Below, one piece after another: positions 48,759 through 58,900 of a stretch of DNA of 61,003 nt. The notes below the pieces were generated by a model. That model saw nothing but the letters and a program-made list of their open reading frames with translations. It did not search any database and was not told where the DNA came from. The DNA lies in contig CAZSUH010000006.1 of assembly GCA_964609905.1 (NCBI GenBank), forward strand, positions 1 through 61,003, in the 5' to 3' direction. The first letter of the stretch is position 1. Each line of letters opens with the position of its first letter. The position numbers and the translations under genes are program-made. Source of the stretch: an uncultured Verrucomicrobiota bacterium. Its GTDB lineage: Bacteria > Verrucomicrobiota > Kiritimatiellia > CAIKKV01.

Positions 48759-50674
48759 GTCGAACAAGGAGAGACGAGATGAGGGCGTTCACGTTCACGG
48801 TGAAATCGGTTCCGGAGTCGCTGGAAGCCGGATGGGTGGCGGTGATGGAAGATCATGCGGCCCGGTTCGGGGCCGGCAAAGGCGCGGTGGCGCTGAGCTT
48901 TGTCGAGGATCCGGGGCTGGGCAAAAACGGCCTGGCGTCCGCCGCGGGCAAGGCCGGGGTCACAGTGCGGTACGGCGGCAAGAGCGCGGCGTTCCGGGCG
49001 CTGGGCAAGTTGCTGGCCGCGCGAACGCGGGCGGAGCTGACATTCGCCGAGAATACGGCGTTCGCGATGCGCGGGCTGATGGTGGATTGCAGCCGCAACG
49101 GCGTGATGCGGACGGACGCGGCGGAGGCGTTCATGCGCCGCACTGCGCTGATGGGCGTGAACATGCTGATGTTCTACACCGAGGACACCTACGAGGTGCC
49201 GGGCGAGCCGTTTTTCGGGTACCTGCGCGGCGGGTTCACGGCGGCGGAGATGAAGGCGCTGGATGATTACGCGGATGCGCTGGGCATCGAGCTGATTCCC
49301 TGCATCCAGGCGCTGGCGCATCTGGAGCAGGTGCTGCAATGGGAGCCCAACTTCAAGTATCGCGACACGAATCACATCCTGTTATCGGGGGATGAGGCAA
49401 CCTACGGCCTGATCCGCAAGTTCATCCGGGCGGCGAGTTCCTGCGTGCGCAGCAAGCGGATTCACCTGGGCATGGACGAGGCGCACGGGCTGGGCTCGGG
49501 CCGGTTCAAGGAGAAGTTCGGGGACAAGCCGCCGTTCGACATCATCAACGCCCACCTCGCGCGCGTGCGGGACATTTGCCGCGAGGAGGGATTGGCGCCG
49601 ATGATCTGGAGCGACATGTATTTCCGGCTCGGTTCCAAGACGCACGAGTATTACGACATGGCCTGGCAGATTCCGCAGGACGCCCTGGCCGGCATCCCGA
49701 AGGATGTGCAACTGGTGTACTGGGACTATTACCATGCCGACGTGGAAACGTATAAGAAGATGATCGCCTTCCACCGCCAGCTCGGGAGCGAGCCGCTCAT
49801 GGGCGGGGGCGTGTGGACCTGGTCGCATATGTGGTGCGCGCTGCCGTGGAGCTTTACGGCGGTGAACGCCTGCATGCAGGCATGCCGGGAGGAGGGGCTG
49901 AAAGAGGTGTTCATGACGATGTGGGGCGACGAGGGCATGGAGGTGGACATCTTCAGCGCCCTGCCCGGCATTCAGTATTTCTGCGAGCACGCGTATGGCG
50001 CGGCGGACCCCCTGAAGGCGGCACGGAAGCATTTCGCGGGGGTGTGCGGCTGCGCGTTCGAGCCGTGGGTACGGGCGGCGGGCGTCGATTCCATTCCGTT
50101 GATCAAGAAGCCGGAGCTGTCGCAGGCGTCGCTGGGCCGCGCGCTGCTGTGGCAGGATCCGGCGCTGGCGCTTTTGGATCCGGCGTTGGGCAAGGCGAAC
50201 CTGAGGCCCTGGTATGGGAAGCTGGCGCAGGATCTGGCCGCCGCGTCGAAGGAAGGCGGCCTGTCCTATCGGCTCCTGTTCCCCGCCGCGCTGGCATATG
50301 TCCTGGAGCTGAAGGCGCATCTGCGGCGCGACCTGGCCCAGGCGTACGGCAAGAAGGATCGCCAGGCGTTGAAGGCCTTGGCGAAAACCGAGCTGCCCGC
50401 CTTGCGCGAGCGGGTGGAGACGCTGTGGAAAACGCACCGGGCCATGTGGATGACGACCTACAAGCCGTTCGGCTGGGAGGTGATCGAGTCCCGCTACGGC
50501 ACGGTGATGGCCCGGCTGGCCACCCTGCAGGACCGGGTGGACGATTGTCTGGCGGGCCGGCTGGAGTCGTTGCCGGAACTGGAGGCGATCCTCCATAATC
50601 CCTGGGAAGGCCGGGAGATTGGCGGCCTGCATCTCAGTCCCTCGCGCATGCGCACGCCGAGCTGCATCAAGTGA
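48755..50674 (+). CDS. Glycoside hydrolase family 20 beta-N-acetylhexosaminidase-like protein
   Basis: 639 aa. MRGLMVDCSRNG and IHLGMDEAHG (catalytic D-E pair) motifs. ATG overlaps the upstream TGA (ATGA). No signal peptide. Confidence 0.82.
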   Translation: MSRTRRDEMRAFTFTVKSVPESLEAGWVAVMEDHAARFGAGKGAVALSFVEDPGLGKNGLASAAGKAGVTVRYGGKSAAFRALGKLLAARTRAELTFAENTAFAMRGLMVDCSRNGVMRTDAAEAFMRRTALMGVNMLMFYTEDTYEVPGEPFFGYLRGGFTAAEMKALDDYADALGIELIPCIQALAHLEQVLQWEPNFKYRDTNHILLSGDEATYGLIRKFIRAASSCVRSKRIHLGMDEAHGLGSGRFKEKFGDKPPFDIINAHLARVRDICREEGLAPMIWSDMYFRLGSKTHEYYDMAWQIPQDALAGIPKDVQLVYWDYYHADVETYKKMIAFHRQLGSEPLMGGGVWTWSHMWCALPWSFTAVNACMQACREEGLKEVFMTMWGDEGMEVDIFSALPGIQYFCEHAYGAADPLKAARKHFAGVCGCAFEPWVRAAGVDSIPLIKKPELSQASLGRALLWQDPALALLDPALGKANLRPWYGKLAQDLAAASKEGGLSYRLLFPAALAYVLELKAHLRRDLAQAYGKKDRQALKALAKTELPALRERVETLWKTHRAMWMTTYKPFGWEVIESRYGTVMARLATLQDRVDDCLAGRLESLPELEAILHNPWEGREIGGLHLSPSRMRTPSCIK

Positions 50675-50700
50675 CGCGAAGGCGTCTGGCGTTTCGGCCG

Positions 50701-50721
50701 ATCGGCGAGTGCAGCGCCGAT
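50701..50721 (+). terminator. Hairpin after the GH20 gene (possible weak terminator)
   Basis: ATCGGCG-AGTGCAG-CGCCGAT perfect 7-bp stem. The downstream U-tract is poor (TTGACCGTTGG). An AT-rich TGATAAAATAGTAAAATAAATGA follows at about 50741-50764 and could hold the next promoter. Confidence 0.25.
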
Positions 50722-50795
50722 TGACCGTTGGTCTCCGGTCGTGATAAAATAGTAAAATAAATGATGCAGGTTTGCGTGTCTGCGGGAGAAGGACC

Positions 50796-51911
50796 ATGAG
50801 CGAAAAAAGCGGGCTTGCGGCGGTGTATCGGGGAGCGGGGCTGCCCCTGGAGATCCGGTCGTATCGGGTGTCGGAGCCGGCGCGGGGGCAGGCCTTGCTG
50901 GCGCTGACCGCCAGCGGCATCTGCGGGACGGATCTGCACATTCTCAAGGGGCGGCTGGGGATTCCCGGTCCGCTTATTCTCGGGCACGAGTTCCTCGGTC
51001 GGATCGAGGCGCTGAACGGAGCCGATCCGCGCGACGGGCTGGGCCGCCGGCTGAAGAGGGGCGATAGGGTGGCGGCCTCCGTGGCCGTCCCGTGCGGGGC
51101 CTGCTTCTCGTGCCGCCGCGGCGAGACCGCCAGTTGCCTGAACTTCGGCGTCACCTACGTCAAGGATCCGGACGTGGCGCCCCATTTTCATGGCGGCTAT
51201 GCCGAGTATCTCTATTCCCCGCTGGCCAATCTGGTGCGGATTCCGTCGGGTGTGGACCCCCTGGCCGCCGCGGCCTATCCCTGCGCGGGCCCGACCATCA
51301 TCCGCGCCTGCGCCTATGCCGGCGGGCTGGAGAAGGGCGAACTGGTGGTGGTGCAGGGGACGGGGCCCGTGGGCCTGTTCGCCATCGCCTGGGCCGCAGC
51401 CGCCGGGTGCACGGTGGCCGCGATCGGGTCGGGCTCATCCCCGCACCGGCTCGCGCTGGCCAGGTCGTTCGGGGCGAAACGGGTGCTGGATTACCGGAGC
51501 GCGCCGGCGGAGGAGCGGGCGGCCGCGGTCCGGGCGATGGCGCGGCGGCTGAAGCGCGGCGACGGGGCGGACGTGGTAATCGAAGCGAGCGGCTCGCCGG
51601 CGGCCGTGCCCGAGGGGCTGGGCCTGCTCCGCACGCGCGGGCGCTACCTGATACCGGGCCAGTATTCCGCCAGCGGGTCGGTGACCCTCCAGCCCGAGCA
51701 GATCACGTTCCGCGCGTTGCGGTTGATCGGGAGCGGGCAATACACGCTGGCCGACCTCGGCGGGTACCTCGATTTTCTCAAAAAACAGCCGGCCCTGCAG
51801 CGGAAGTTCGCCGCGAGCGTCACGCACCGGTTCACGGTGGACCAGGCCGAAGCGGCGCTGGCGGCGGTGGAGGCGGGGCAGACGGGCAAGGCGGTCTTTA
51901 TCCGGAAGTGA
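50796..51911 (+). CDS. Zinc-dependent alcohol dehydrogenase (MDR superfamily)
   Basis: ATG 50796 with GGGAGAAGG upstream. GICGTDLHILKG...LILGHEFLG catalytic-zinc motif, CGACFSCRRGETASC structural-zinc Cys cluster, and VVQGTGPVGL NAD motif. Confidence 0.9.
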   Translation: MSEKSGLAAVYRGAGLPLEIRSYRVSEPARGQALLALTASGICGTDLHILKGRLGIPGPLILGHEFLGRIEALNGADPRDGLGRRLKRGDRVAASVAVPCGACFSCRRGETASCLNFGVTYVKDPDVAPHFHGGYAEYLYSPLANLVRIPSGVDPLAAAAYPCAGPTIIRACAYAGGLEKGELVVVQGTGPVGLFAIAWAAAAGCTVAAIGSGSSPHRLALARSFGAKRVLDYRSAPAEERAAAVRAMARRLKRGDGADVVIEASGSPAAVPEGLGLLRTRGRYLIPGQYSASGSVTLQPEQITFRALRLIGSGQYTLADLGGYLDFLKKQPALQRKFAASVTHRFTVDQAEAALAAVEAGQTGKAVFIRK

Positions 51912-51918
51912 GGCGCGC

Positions 51919-54006
51919 ATGAGCGGGTGGAGCAGGGTGTTGGAGCAGGTCCGGGACCGGAACCGGGCCTTGAGCGAAGGCCGGGCGATCGACCTGCGTC
52001 CGGCCTTGCGCGCCCAGGCCTACCGGGCGCACGCCGGAGAGCCGGAGCCCGTGGTCCGGGCCGAGGCGTTCCGGGCGGTGCTGATGGGCGACACGCTGCA
52101 CCTGTACGACGGCGACCGGCTGTGCGGCAGCCATGCGGGCTGGTTTTCCACGACGCTGCCCGCCGGCCTGACGGAGGGCGACTACCAGGCGCTGACGGCG
52201 GAGCACAAGGAGCGGGGGCAGCGGAACTTCGGGGCCGGCTGGGACCACACGCTGGCCGACTATCCCACGCTGCTGGCCGGCGGGGTGGGCGGCTGCCTGG
52301 ACCGGATTCGCGAATCGTGGGCCATCCACCGGGAGCCGGGGGAGCGGCACGCGCTGGCCGGCATGCGCGTGACGTTGGAGGCGTTTTCCGCGTGGATGAC
52401 CCGGTGGGCGGATGCCGCGGCTGTGCGCGGCGATCGCGACATGGCCGACGCGGCCCGATGGGTGGCGGCCCGGCCGCCGCGCACCTTCCGCGAGGCGCTG
52501 CAACTGGTGGCCTTCACGCATCTGGCTTTCGAGAGCGAGGGGCGGGGCGCGATGGCCCTCGGGCGGGTGGACCAGTATCTGCTGGGCTTTTACCGGCGCG
52601 ACATCGAGGCGGCCATCCTGACCCGGGCGGAGGCGCTGGACCTGCTCGGCCATCTCTGGGTCAAGCTGGCGGAAAACGGAGGCGTGCAGAACATCTGCAT
52701 CGGCGGCCAGACGCCGGAAGGCAAGGATGGCACGAACGAACTCTCGTTCCTCGCCCTGGAGGCGACGCGGCTCGTGCAGTCCCCCTTCACGAACCTGTCG
52801 GCCCGTTTTCACGACGGCACGCCGGAGACCTTTTACCAGGCCTGTTTCGAGGTGATCCGGACGGGGATCGGCTTTCCCGCCATCTTCAACGACCACGTGC
52901 TGATTCCGGGCCTGGTGGAGATCGGGGTGCCGATCGAGGCGGCGCGCGACCATTGCATGGTGGGGTGCATCGAGACGATGCTTCCGGGCCGCCAGCAGGC
53001 CTGGTCGGACAGCCGCTACAACATGCCGCTGATGCTGATGACCGCCATGGCCCGGGTGCGGGAGCGGGCCGACCTGACCTACGAGCGGCTGCTGGAGACG
53101 TTTCTGGACGAGATGCGCGTGACGCTCGCGGCGCACAGCCGACGGATCAACGCGCACATTGCGAAGTATCCGGTCGAGCGCTTTCCCGACCCGTTCCTCT
53201 CCGCGCTGACGCGCGACTGCATCGGCCGGGCGAAGGACATCAACGACGGCGGCGCCGAGTTCAAACGGATGCACGGCATTGCCGTCATGGGGCTGGGCAC
53301 GACGGCGGACTCCCTGGCCGCGGTGAAGCGCCTGGTATTCGAGGAAAAGCGGATCGGCTTCGAGGCGCTGATGGCGGCGCTCGACGCCGATTTCGAGGGG
53401 CAGGAGCCGCTGCGCCAGATGCTGGTGAACGCCGCGCCCAAGTACGGGAACGACGATGACGACGTGGACCGGATCGCCGCGTTCCTGGTGGACTGGACCT
53501 CGCGCGAGTGCCTGAAGCACGAAGTGGCCGGGGGCGGCCGGTTCGTCTCGGCCATGGCGGCCAACACGAGCAACATCCCGGCGGGCCTGGAAGTGGGGGC
53601 CACGCCGGACGGGCGGCGCGCGTTCGCGCCGCTCTCGGATGCGGCCAGCCCCTATTTCGGCCGCGACACGCACGGGCCGACGGCGTTTCTGAATTCGGTG
53701 GCGAAACCGGACTACCGGCTGGTGCTGACGGGCAGCGTGATCAACATGAAGTTCGAACCGGCGTTCTTCCGGGGGCCGGGCGGCGCGCGGGTGTTCGTCG
53801 CGCTGATGAAGGCGTTCGTGCGGAACCGGATTCCGGAGCTGCAGTTCAACTTCACGGGCAACGACGCGCTGATCGCGGCCCAGCGCCGGCCGGAACTCTA
53901 CCGCGACCTGGTGGTGCGGGTGAGCGGCTTTTCCCAGTATTTCGTCCAGCTCTCCCGGGCGGTGCAGGACGACGTGATCCGGCGGCGGGCCCATGCGAGC
54001 CTGTAA
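51919..54006 (+). CDS. Glycyl radical enzyme (pyruvate formate-lyase superfamily), compact 695-aa form with Cys-x-Glu eliminase-type active-site loop
   Basis: C-terminal glycyl radical motif VVRVSGFSQYF (Gly670, nt 53926-53928). Active-site loop MVGCIET (Cys350 at nt 52966-52968, Glu352). Confidence 0.9.
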   Translation: MSGWSRVLEQVRDRNRALSEGRAIDLRPALRAQAYRAHAGEPEPVVRAEAFRAVLMGDTLHLYDGDRLCGSHAGWFSTTLPAGLTEGDYQALTAEHKERGQRNFGAGWDHTLADYPTLLAGGVGGCLDRIRESWAIHREPGERHALAGMRVTLEAFSAWMTRWADAAAVRGDRDMADAARWVAARPPRTFREALQLVAFTHLAFESEGRGAMALGRVDQYLLGFYRRDIEAAILTRAEALDLLGHLWVKLAENGGVQNICIGGQTPEGKDGTNELSFLALEATRLVQSPFTNLSARFHDGTPETFYQACFEVIRTGIGFPAIFNDHVLIPGLVEIGVPIEAARDHCMVGCIETMLPGRQQAWSDSRYNMPLMLMTAMARVRERADLTYERLLETFLDEMRVTLAAHSRRINAHIAKYPVERFPDPFLSALTRDCIGRAKDINDGGAEFKRMHGIAVMGLGTTADSLAAVKRLVFEEKRIGFEALMAALDADFEGQEPLRQMLVNAAPKYGNDDDDVDRIAAFLVDWTSRECLKHEVAGGGRFVSAMAANTSNIPAGLEVGATPDGRRAFAPLSDAASPYFGRDTHGPTAFLNSVAKPDYRLVLTGSVINMKFEPAFFRGPGGARVFVALMKAFVRNRIPELQFNFTGNDALIAAQRRPELYRDLVVRVSGFSQYFVQLSRAVQDDVIRRRAHASL

Positions 54007-54910
54007 CGGGCGGGTCTTCGATATCCAGCGGTTTTCGCTGTTCAACGGGCCGGGCATCCGAACCACCGTGTTTTTCAAGGGCTGCCCGCTCCGGTGCCCG
54101 TGGTGCCACAATCCCGAGGGCATTCAACCCGGGCCGGAACTGCTGTTCCATTCCGACCGCTGCGTGGGCTGCGGGGCCTGCATCGCCGTCTGCCCCACGG
54201 CGGCGCACCGGACGGAGGCGGATGGCGCGCACCAGCTTGACCGTCAGGCCTGCACGGTGTGCGGGGCCTGCGCGCGGGTCTGCCCCGCCGCCGCGCTGGA
54301 ATGGTGCGGCGAGCGCATGAGCGTGGCCGAGGTGATGGCTGTTGTGTTGAAGGACCGGGGGTATTACGCCGATTCGGGCGGCGGGCTGACCCTTTCGGGC
54401 GGCGAGCCGCTCCTTCAGCCGGAATTTGCGGCCGCCCTGCTGACCGCCGCGAAAGCGGAGGGGCTGCACACGGCGGTGGAGACGTCGGGTTGCGCACCGT
54501 GGGCGCGGTTCGAGGCGATCCGGCCGGTGACCGATCTGTTCCTCTACGACGTCAAGGAGACCGATCCGAAGCGGCACGCGGCCTGCACGGGTGTTCCGCT
54601 CGCGCCGATCCTGGATAACTTGCGGCGGCTGGCCGAAGCGGACTGCCGGATCGTGTTGCGGCTGCCGCTGGCGCCGGGCTTTAACGATCGGTCCGACCAT
54701 TTCCAGGCGGTGGCGGCGCTGGCGCGGGAGTTGGGGGTTGCGGAAGCCGACCTGCTGCCCTACCACCGGCTGGGCGAGGAGAAGCCGGCGGCCCTGGGCC
54801 GGGGCGGCACGCCCCCGCCCTGCCGGGAGCCGGATACGGAGACGGTGAAGCGGTGGCGGGCGGAGCTGGCGCAGGCGGGCCTGAAGGCGCGCCTGCCGGA
54901 CGAGCAGTAG
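53993..54910 (+). CDS. Glycyl-radical enzyme activating protein (radical SAM)
   Basis: FSLFNGPGIRTTVFFKGCPLRCPWCHNPE (CxxxCxxC) plus two ferredoxin-type clusters, CVGCGACIAVCP and CTVCGACARVCP. Overlaps the GRE gene by 14 nt. Confidence 0.92.
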   Translation: MRACNGRVFDIQRFSLFNGPGIRTTVFFKGCPLRCPWCHNPEGIQPGPELLFHSDRCVGCGACIAVCPTAAHRTEADGAHQLDRQACTVCGACARVCPAAALEWCGERMSVAEVMAVVLKDRGYYADSGGGLTLSGGEPLLQPEFAAALLTAAKAEGLHTAVETSGCAPWARFEAIRPVTDLFLYDVKETDPKRHAACTGVPLAPILDNLRRLAEADCRIVLRLPLAPGFNDRSDHFQAVAALARELGVAEADLLPYHRLGEEKPAALGRGGTPPPCREPDTETVKRWRAELAQAGLKARLPDEQ

Positions 54911-54941
54911 GGCGGTGGGGATGGCGGATGAGACCCCTGGC

Positions 54942-54968
54942 ACGAATGGGACTTATGGGACGATGGCC
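54942..54968. repeat. 9-bp tandem repeat (ACGAATGGG/ACTTATGGG/ACGATGGCC), family B
   Basis: Read directly from the sequence. It spans the stop codon of the pfkB-family gene in the convergent gap. The first unit is identical to a unit within the 39811-39837 array. Confidence 0.5.
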
Positions 54969-55879
54969 GCCCGCTTGGCCAGCGCGAGAACGCGCGAGAT
55001 GGAAATAAGGGGCGTGCCGCGCTGTTCCACGGCGGCGGCGCCGGCGGCCACGGCGCGGGCCGCGATGTCAGGCGTCAGTTGACGGACCGGAAAGTAATCG
55101 GCGCAGAACTGGCCCAGCAGCGTGTCGCCGGCGCCCGTGGTATCCACGCGCGGCACGTCTGGTGATTTCGCGAACAGGATGGCGCCGCGGCTGGCGAACC
55201 AGGCCCCGCGCGCCCCGTCGGAGACAATCACCGCCTCATGCGCGGCCATCAGTTTTTGCAGCGCGCGCTTCATCGCGTTTATCGATTTCAGGGACACGCC
55301 AAGAGCCGTTTCCAGTTCCCTGCGGTTGGGCTTGATCACCTCCGGCTTTTCCCTCAGCGCCTTCGCGAGCGCGGGCCCGGAGGTGTCCAGGACCACCGCG
55401 CAGCCGGCGGCGTGAAGCCGGCGCGCGAGCTTGGCATAAGTGTCCGCCGGAAAACGGGCGGGAAGCGAGCCGCTCAGGACAACCACGGCGCCGGGCTTCA
55501 GCCACGAACGGACATACACGGACAAAACGGACTCGGTGTAGACAAGACCGGGAAAACCCGGCTGATTCAGTTTCAGTTCGCGTCCGTGCCGGTCCGTGAT
55601 CATCGTGTTGGTCCGTGTGGGGTGCGGCACGGCGAGAAAGTGGCAGGCGATGCCCATAGGCGCGAGGGCGGATTTGTAAAAGGCGAGTTGATCCCGGCCG
55701 AGCAAGCCGCCCGCGATGACGGGCTTGCCGTTGGCGGCGAGCATCTTGGCCACGTTGACGCCCTTGCCGCCGGGCGTGCGGGTTTCCGCGCGGACGGCAT
55801 GCACCCGGCCGATGGCCAACTCACCGTCCACCGCGAGAGTCTGGTCGATCGCGGGATTGAGCGTGAGGGTGATGAACAT
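54953..55879 (-). CDS. PfkB-family sugar kinase (1-phosphofructokinase / tagatose-6-phosphate kinase type)
   Basis: ATG 55879 gives MFITLTLNPAIDQT. GGKGVNVA and DTTGAGDT motifs. 308 aa; the longer track ORF N-terminus is a repeat-derived extension. Confidence 0.88.
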   Translation of the reverse strand: MFITLTLNPAIDQTLAVDGELAIGRVHAVRAETRTPGGKGVNVAKMLAANGKPVIAGGLLGRDQLAFYKSALAPMGIACHFLAVPHPTRTNTMITDRHGRELKLNQPGFPGLVYTESVLSVYVRSWLKPGAVVVLSGSLPARFPADTYAKLARRLHAAGCAVVLDTSGPALAKALREKPEVIKPNRRELETALGVSLKSINAMKRALQKLMAAHEAVIVSDGARGAWFASRGAILFAKSPDVPRVDTTGAGDTLLGQFCADYFPVRQLTPDIAARAVAAGAAAVEQRGTPLISISRVLALAKRAAIVP

Positions 55880-55946
55880 GGGGGAATTTTGAGCAAAGGC
55901 CCGCCAAACACAAGGAAAATGGTCGAGCGGGCTACGGGGCTTGGGC

Positions 55947-55991
55947 GGATTGGACCGATCGGCCGGATCCGACGGATCGGACGGATCAGCC
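55947..55991. repeat. 9-bp tandem repeat array, five units (GGATTGGAC CGATCGGCC GGATCCGAC GGATCGGAC GGATCAGCC), family A
   Basis: Read directly from the sequence. It is intergenic, and its last unit contains the stop codon (55986-55988) of the large upstream ORF. Confidence 0.65.
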
Positions 55992-58900
55992 CGCCGGGTT
56001 CTTCCGGCGAACCGCTCCGGCCAGAGCCAACCCAACCAGCACCAGGGCCAGCGTGCCGGCTTTGCGCCAGGGTGCGGTGGGCAGCGAGCGCCAGGTGAGG
56101 CGGAGGACGGCGTTGGGCTCGATCACGAGCGGGCGTTGCACCTCGATCTTGACGCCTTGCTCGGGAATGGTAACACGGATCGAACGGGCCACGGCGGCGG
56201 CGGCCTTCTGCTGGCCGATGATCTTGTCGGCCACGACGTAGAGGTTGGCGCTTTCGTCGGCCGAGAGGGTCTGCTCGAGCCGTTGGGCATAGTCGGGCGT
56301 GAAGTTGCCGTCCTTGTAGCCTGCGCCCGGTGGCGCGGCCTGTTGCTGCACCTCCACGTCGAGCTGGCGTTCCTGCTTGAGTTCATTGCGGCGCTGGACG
56401 AGGCCCACGATGGCCTGCTTGCGCACCAGGTTGTTGTACTGGATCCGCGCGTCTTCGTTGAAGTCGGCCGAGCCCTGCGAATAGTTCATGGCCGCCTCCA
56501 GGGCCTGCTTGGCCTCCCTCTGGGCGCCTTTGCGGATGTAGGATTCGCCCTTGGCCATGACGCTCCTGGCGCGGGCCAGATCCGCATCCTGGAGCCTCGT
56601 GTTCTGGGCCGAGTACCAGGATTGATCGAACAGGATCGGCGCCTCCCGGCGGTCGGCCACGGTGAAATCGCCGCCGAAACCGAAGTAGGCGCGGCCGGGG
56701 CGCAGGTAGAGGGTCCAGGCCACATCGTTCAACGGCAGATCGAAGGCGGGCGCGAGCAGGGCGCCGTCCGGGGCGGGTGCGCCGGCGTAGACGATGTCCA
56801 GCGAGGTGGCTTCTCCCTCGAGCGCGGCCTCCAGCGGGATGCGGTAGGCGCGGCCCTTCCGGGAGGGGCGGCCGACCTTGCCGTTCACGAACACGGACCA
56901 GAGGCTGTCCGTGTCCGCGGGCAGGGTCATGGTGAGAAACCGCAGGTCGCCGGCATCGAGGTCGATCCGGATGCGCGTCAGGAGCTGGCCGTCCTCGGCC
57001 AGGACGGAGGTGAGGCGCACGGAGCGGACCCTGGCGGGGAGCACGGCGGCGGAACCGTGGCGCTGGACGTCGAGGGTGAGCGCGTAGTCGGGGAGCACGG
57101 CGCGGTAGCAGAGGATGGCGTCGGAGAGGTCGCCGGCTCCGAAATCGGCGGGCAGGCCGCGCGCATCCTCGGGCTTCAGCCCCGCGGGCTCACCGACGGG
57201 TTTGACCTGCATGCGGCCCGAGGCGGTCACGGTCAGGTACCCGCGCTGGCTTTCGGTGTCGAGCGCGCGGAACGGCTTGATGACTGCCTGGCGGGCGGCG
57301 GGATCGAAGGGGGTCTGGCAACTGGCGCGCAAGAGGAGCGACTGTTCGGCCTTGTTCGATAGCTCGATTTGCCAGATCCCCTTTTCCCGATCCGACTCGA
57401 AGACCTTGGCCACGCCGCGGCCGGTGACGGTGAGGGGGACGCCGGGGCGGGGGGTCTGGATGCGGAAAGTTTTGCAGCCCGCGTTTTCGATCGTGTAGCG
57501 GAACGTGGCGGTTTCCCGCATCATGCCTTCGGCGAGGTCCACGCCGTGCAGCACCTCGGGCTTGAGGGTGGGCGCGAGCACCTCGGCCGCGAGGGTGACG
57601 GACCAGCCGGGCCGGAGGAGGCTGTAGGCGAGGGCGCGCGGGTCGTTCACCCCGAGTTCGCGGGGATTGCTCTCCACCGCGCCGTCGCGGGCCGCGGTGG
57701 AGAGGCGGACGCCCCGTTCGCCGGAAACGACGAGCGTGCCGGTGTGTTTAATCGCTCCGCGCACGTCGAGGCGAGGCAGGAGGATGGAGGATTCGATGCC
57801 TTTTTCCATGCGGGAGAGGACCACGTTGAGGCGGCGGGTATCGAGCACTTGCTTTTGAAAATGGACCATGACGCCCCGGTTCGCGGCCTCCTTCAGGTCG
57901 TCCCAATGGCTGACGTCCTGGCCGGTGAGGGTTTCGACGTCGTAGCCGGCGGGGATGCCGAGCGCGAGGGAGAAGATGCCCGCGCGGGCCACGGTGACAT
58001 CGAGCTGGGAGGAGAGGACGATCCGTTCATCGCCGATGGAGAGGGTGGCGGTTTCGACAGCGCGGAGTTCAGGCAGCACGCGGTCGGCGCCGACCGACAG
58101 GCCGGCGGGGGGCTGCTGGAAGCGGTAGGCCCGTTTCAGAACGCGAGCGGCGGCGCTGGCGCGGGGGGCGGGTTGGGCGGCCCTGGGGAAGTCCTCGATG
58201 GCCATGGGGCTCACGCCGGCGGTGTTGGAGACCGCGATCTGGACGGCGTCTGGGACGGCGAGGGCGAATGCGCCGCGCTGGCGGGCGGCGCCGCGGACGG
58301 TGAGGGCGGCGAGGGCGGCGGAGTAGGGCAATCCTTCCCGGGGCGATTGAAGCGTGACGGCCAGTGTGAGGCCGCCGCTGACGGGCTTTTCGAAGAGCGC
58401 CTCGAGCTGGCGGGTGTCGGAATCGTAGCGCCAGGTGCTCAACCCGGGCGCGGCGACGGCGGTGACGCTCATGCCGGCGGGGATGTCGAGGGTGACGGCC
58501 TGGAGCTGGCCCTGCGCGATCTGGAGCGCGACGAGGCTGGAGAGCTCGACGACGCCGGGCTCGAAGGCGGCGTAGGTGAGCGTTTCGGAATAGAAAACGG
58601 TCTCCTCGAGCCGGGTGTTGCGCGCCCGGGTTTTCCAGCGGATTTCGGTGACGGCTTCATGGGTGGGCAGGAGCCGGACGGTGGTCCAGTCGGGTTCTTC
58701 CTTAATTTCCTTGCGTGCGACGCCGGTGACGGCATACACGTCGACCTGGCCCGAGGGAATGCGGAGCACGGCCTCGACGGAGAGGGCGGCCGGATGGGAG
58801 AAGCGGACGCTCCAAGAGTCGGAGGCGGCGCCTTCGACCGTGGCGGGGAGGACATAGGAAGCCTTGAACGCATAGGTTCCGGAGCGGGCGACGTGGATCG

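Noticed and set aside
55947-55991. Short tandem repeat arrays considered as a possible CRISPR or mini-CRISPR.
   Set aside because: The units are 9 bp, directly abutting with no spacers. There are no cas genes, and one copy is translated in-frame. These are simple tandem repeats.
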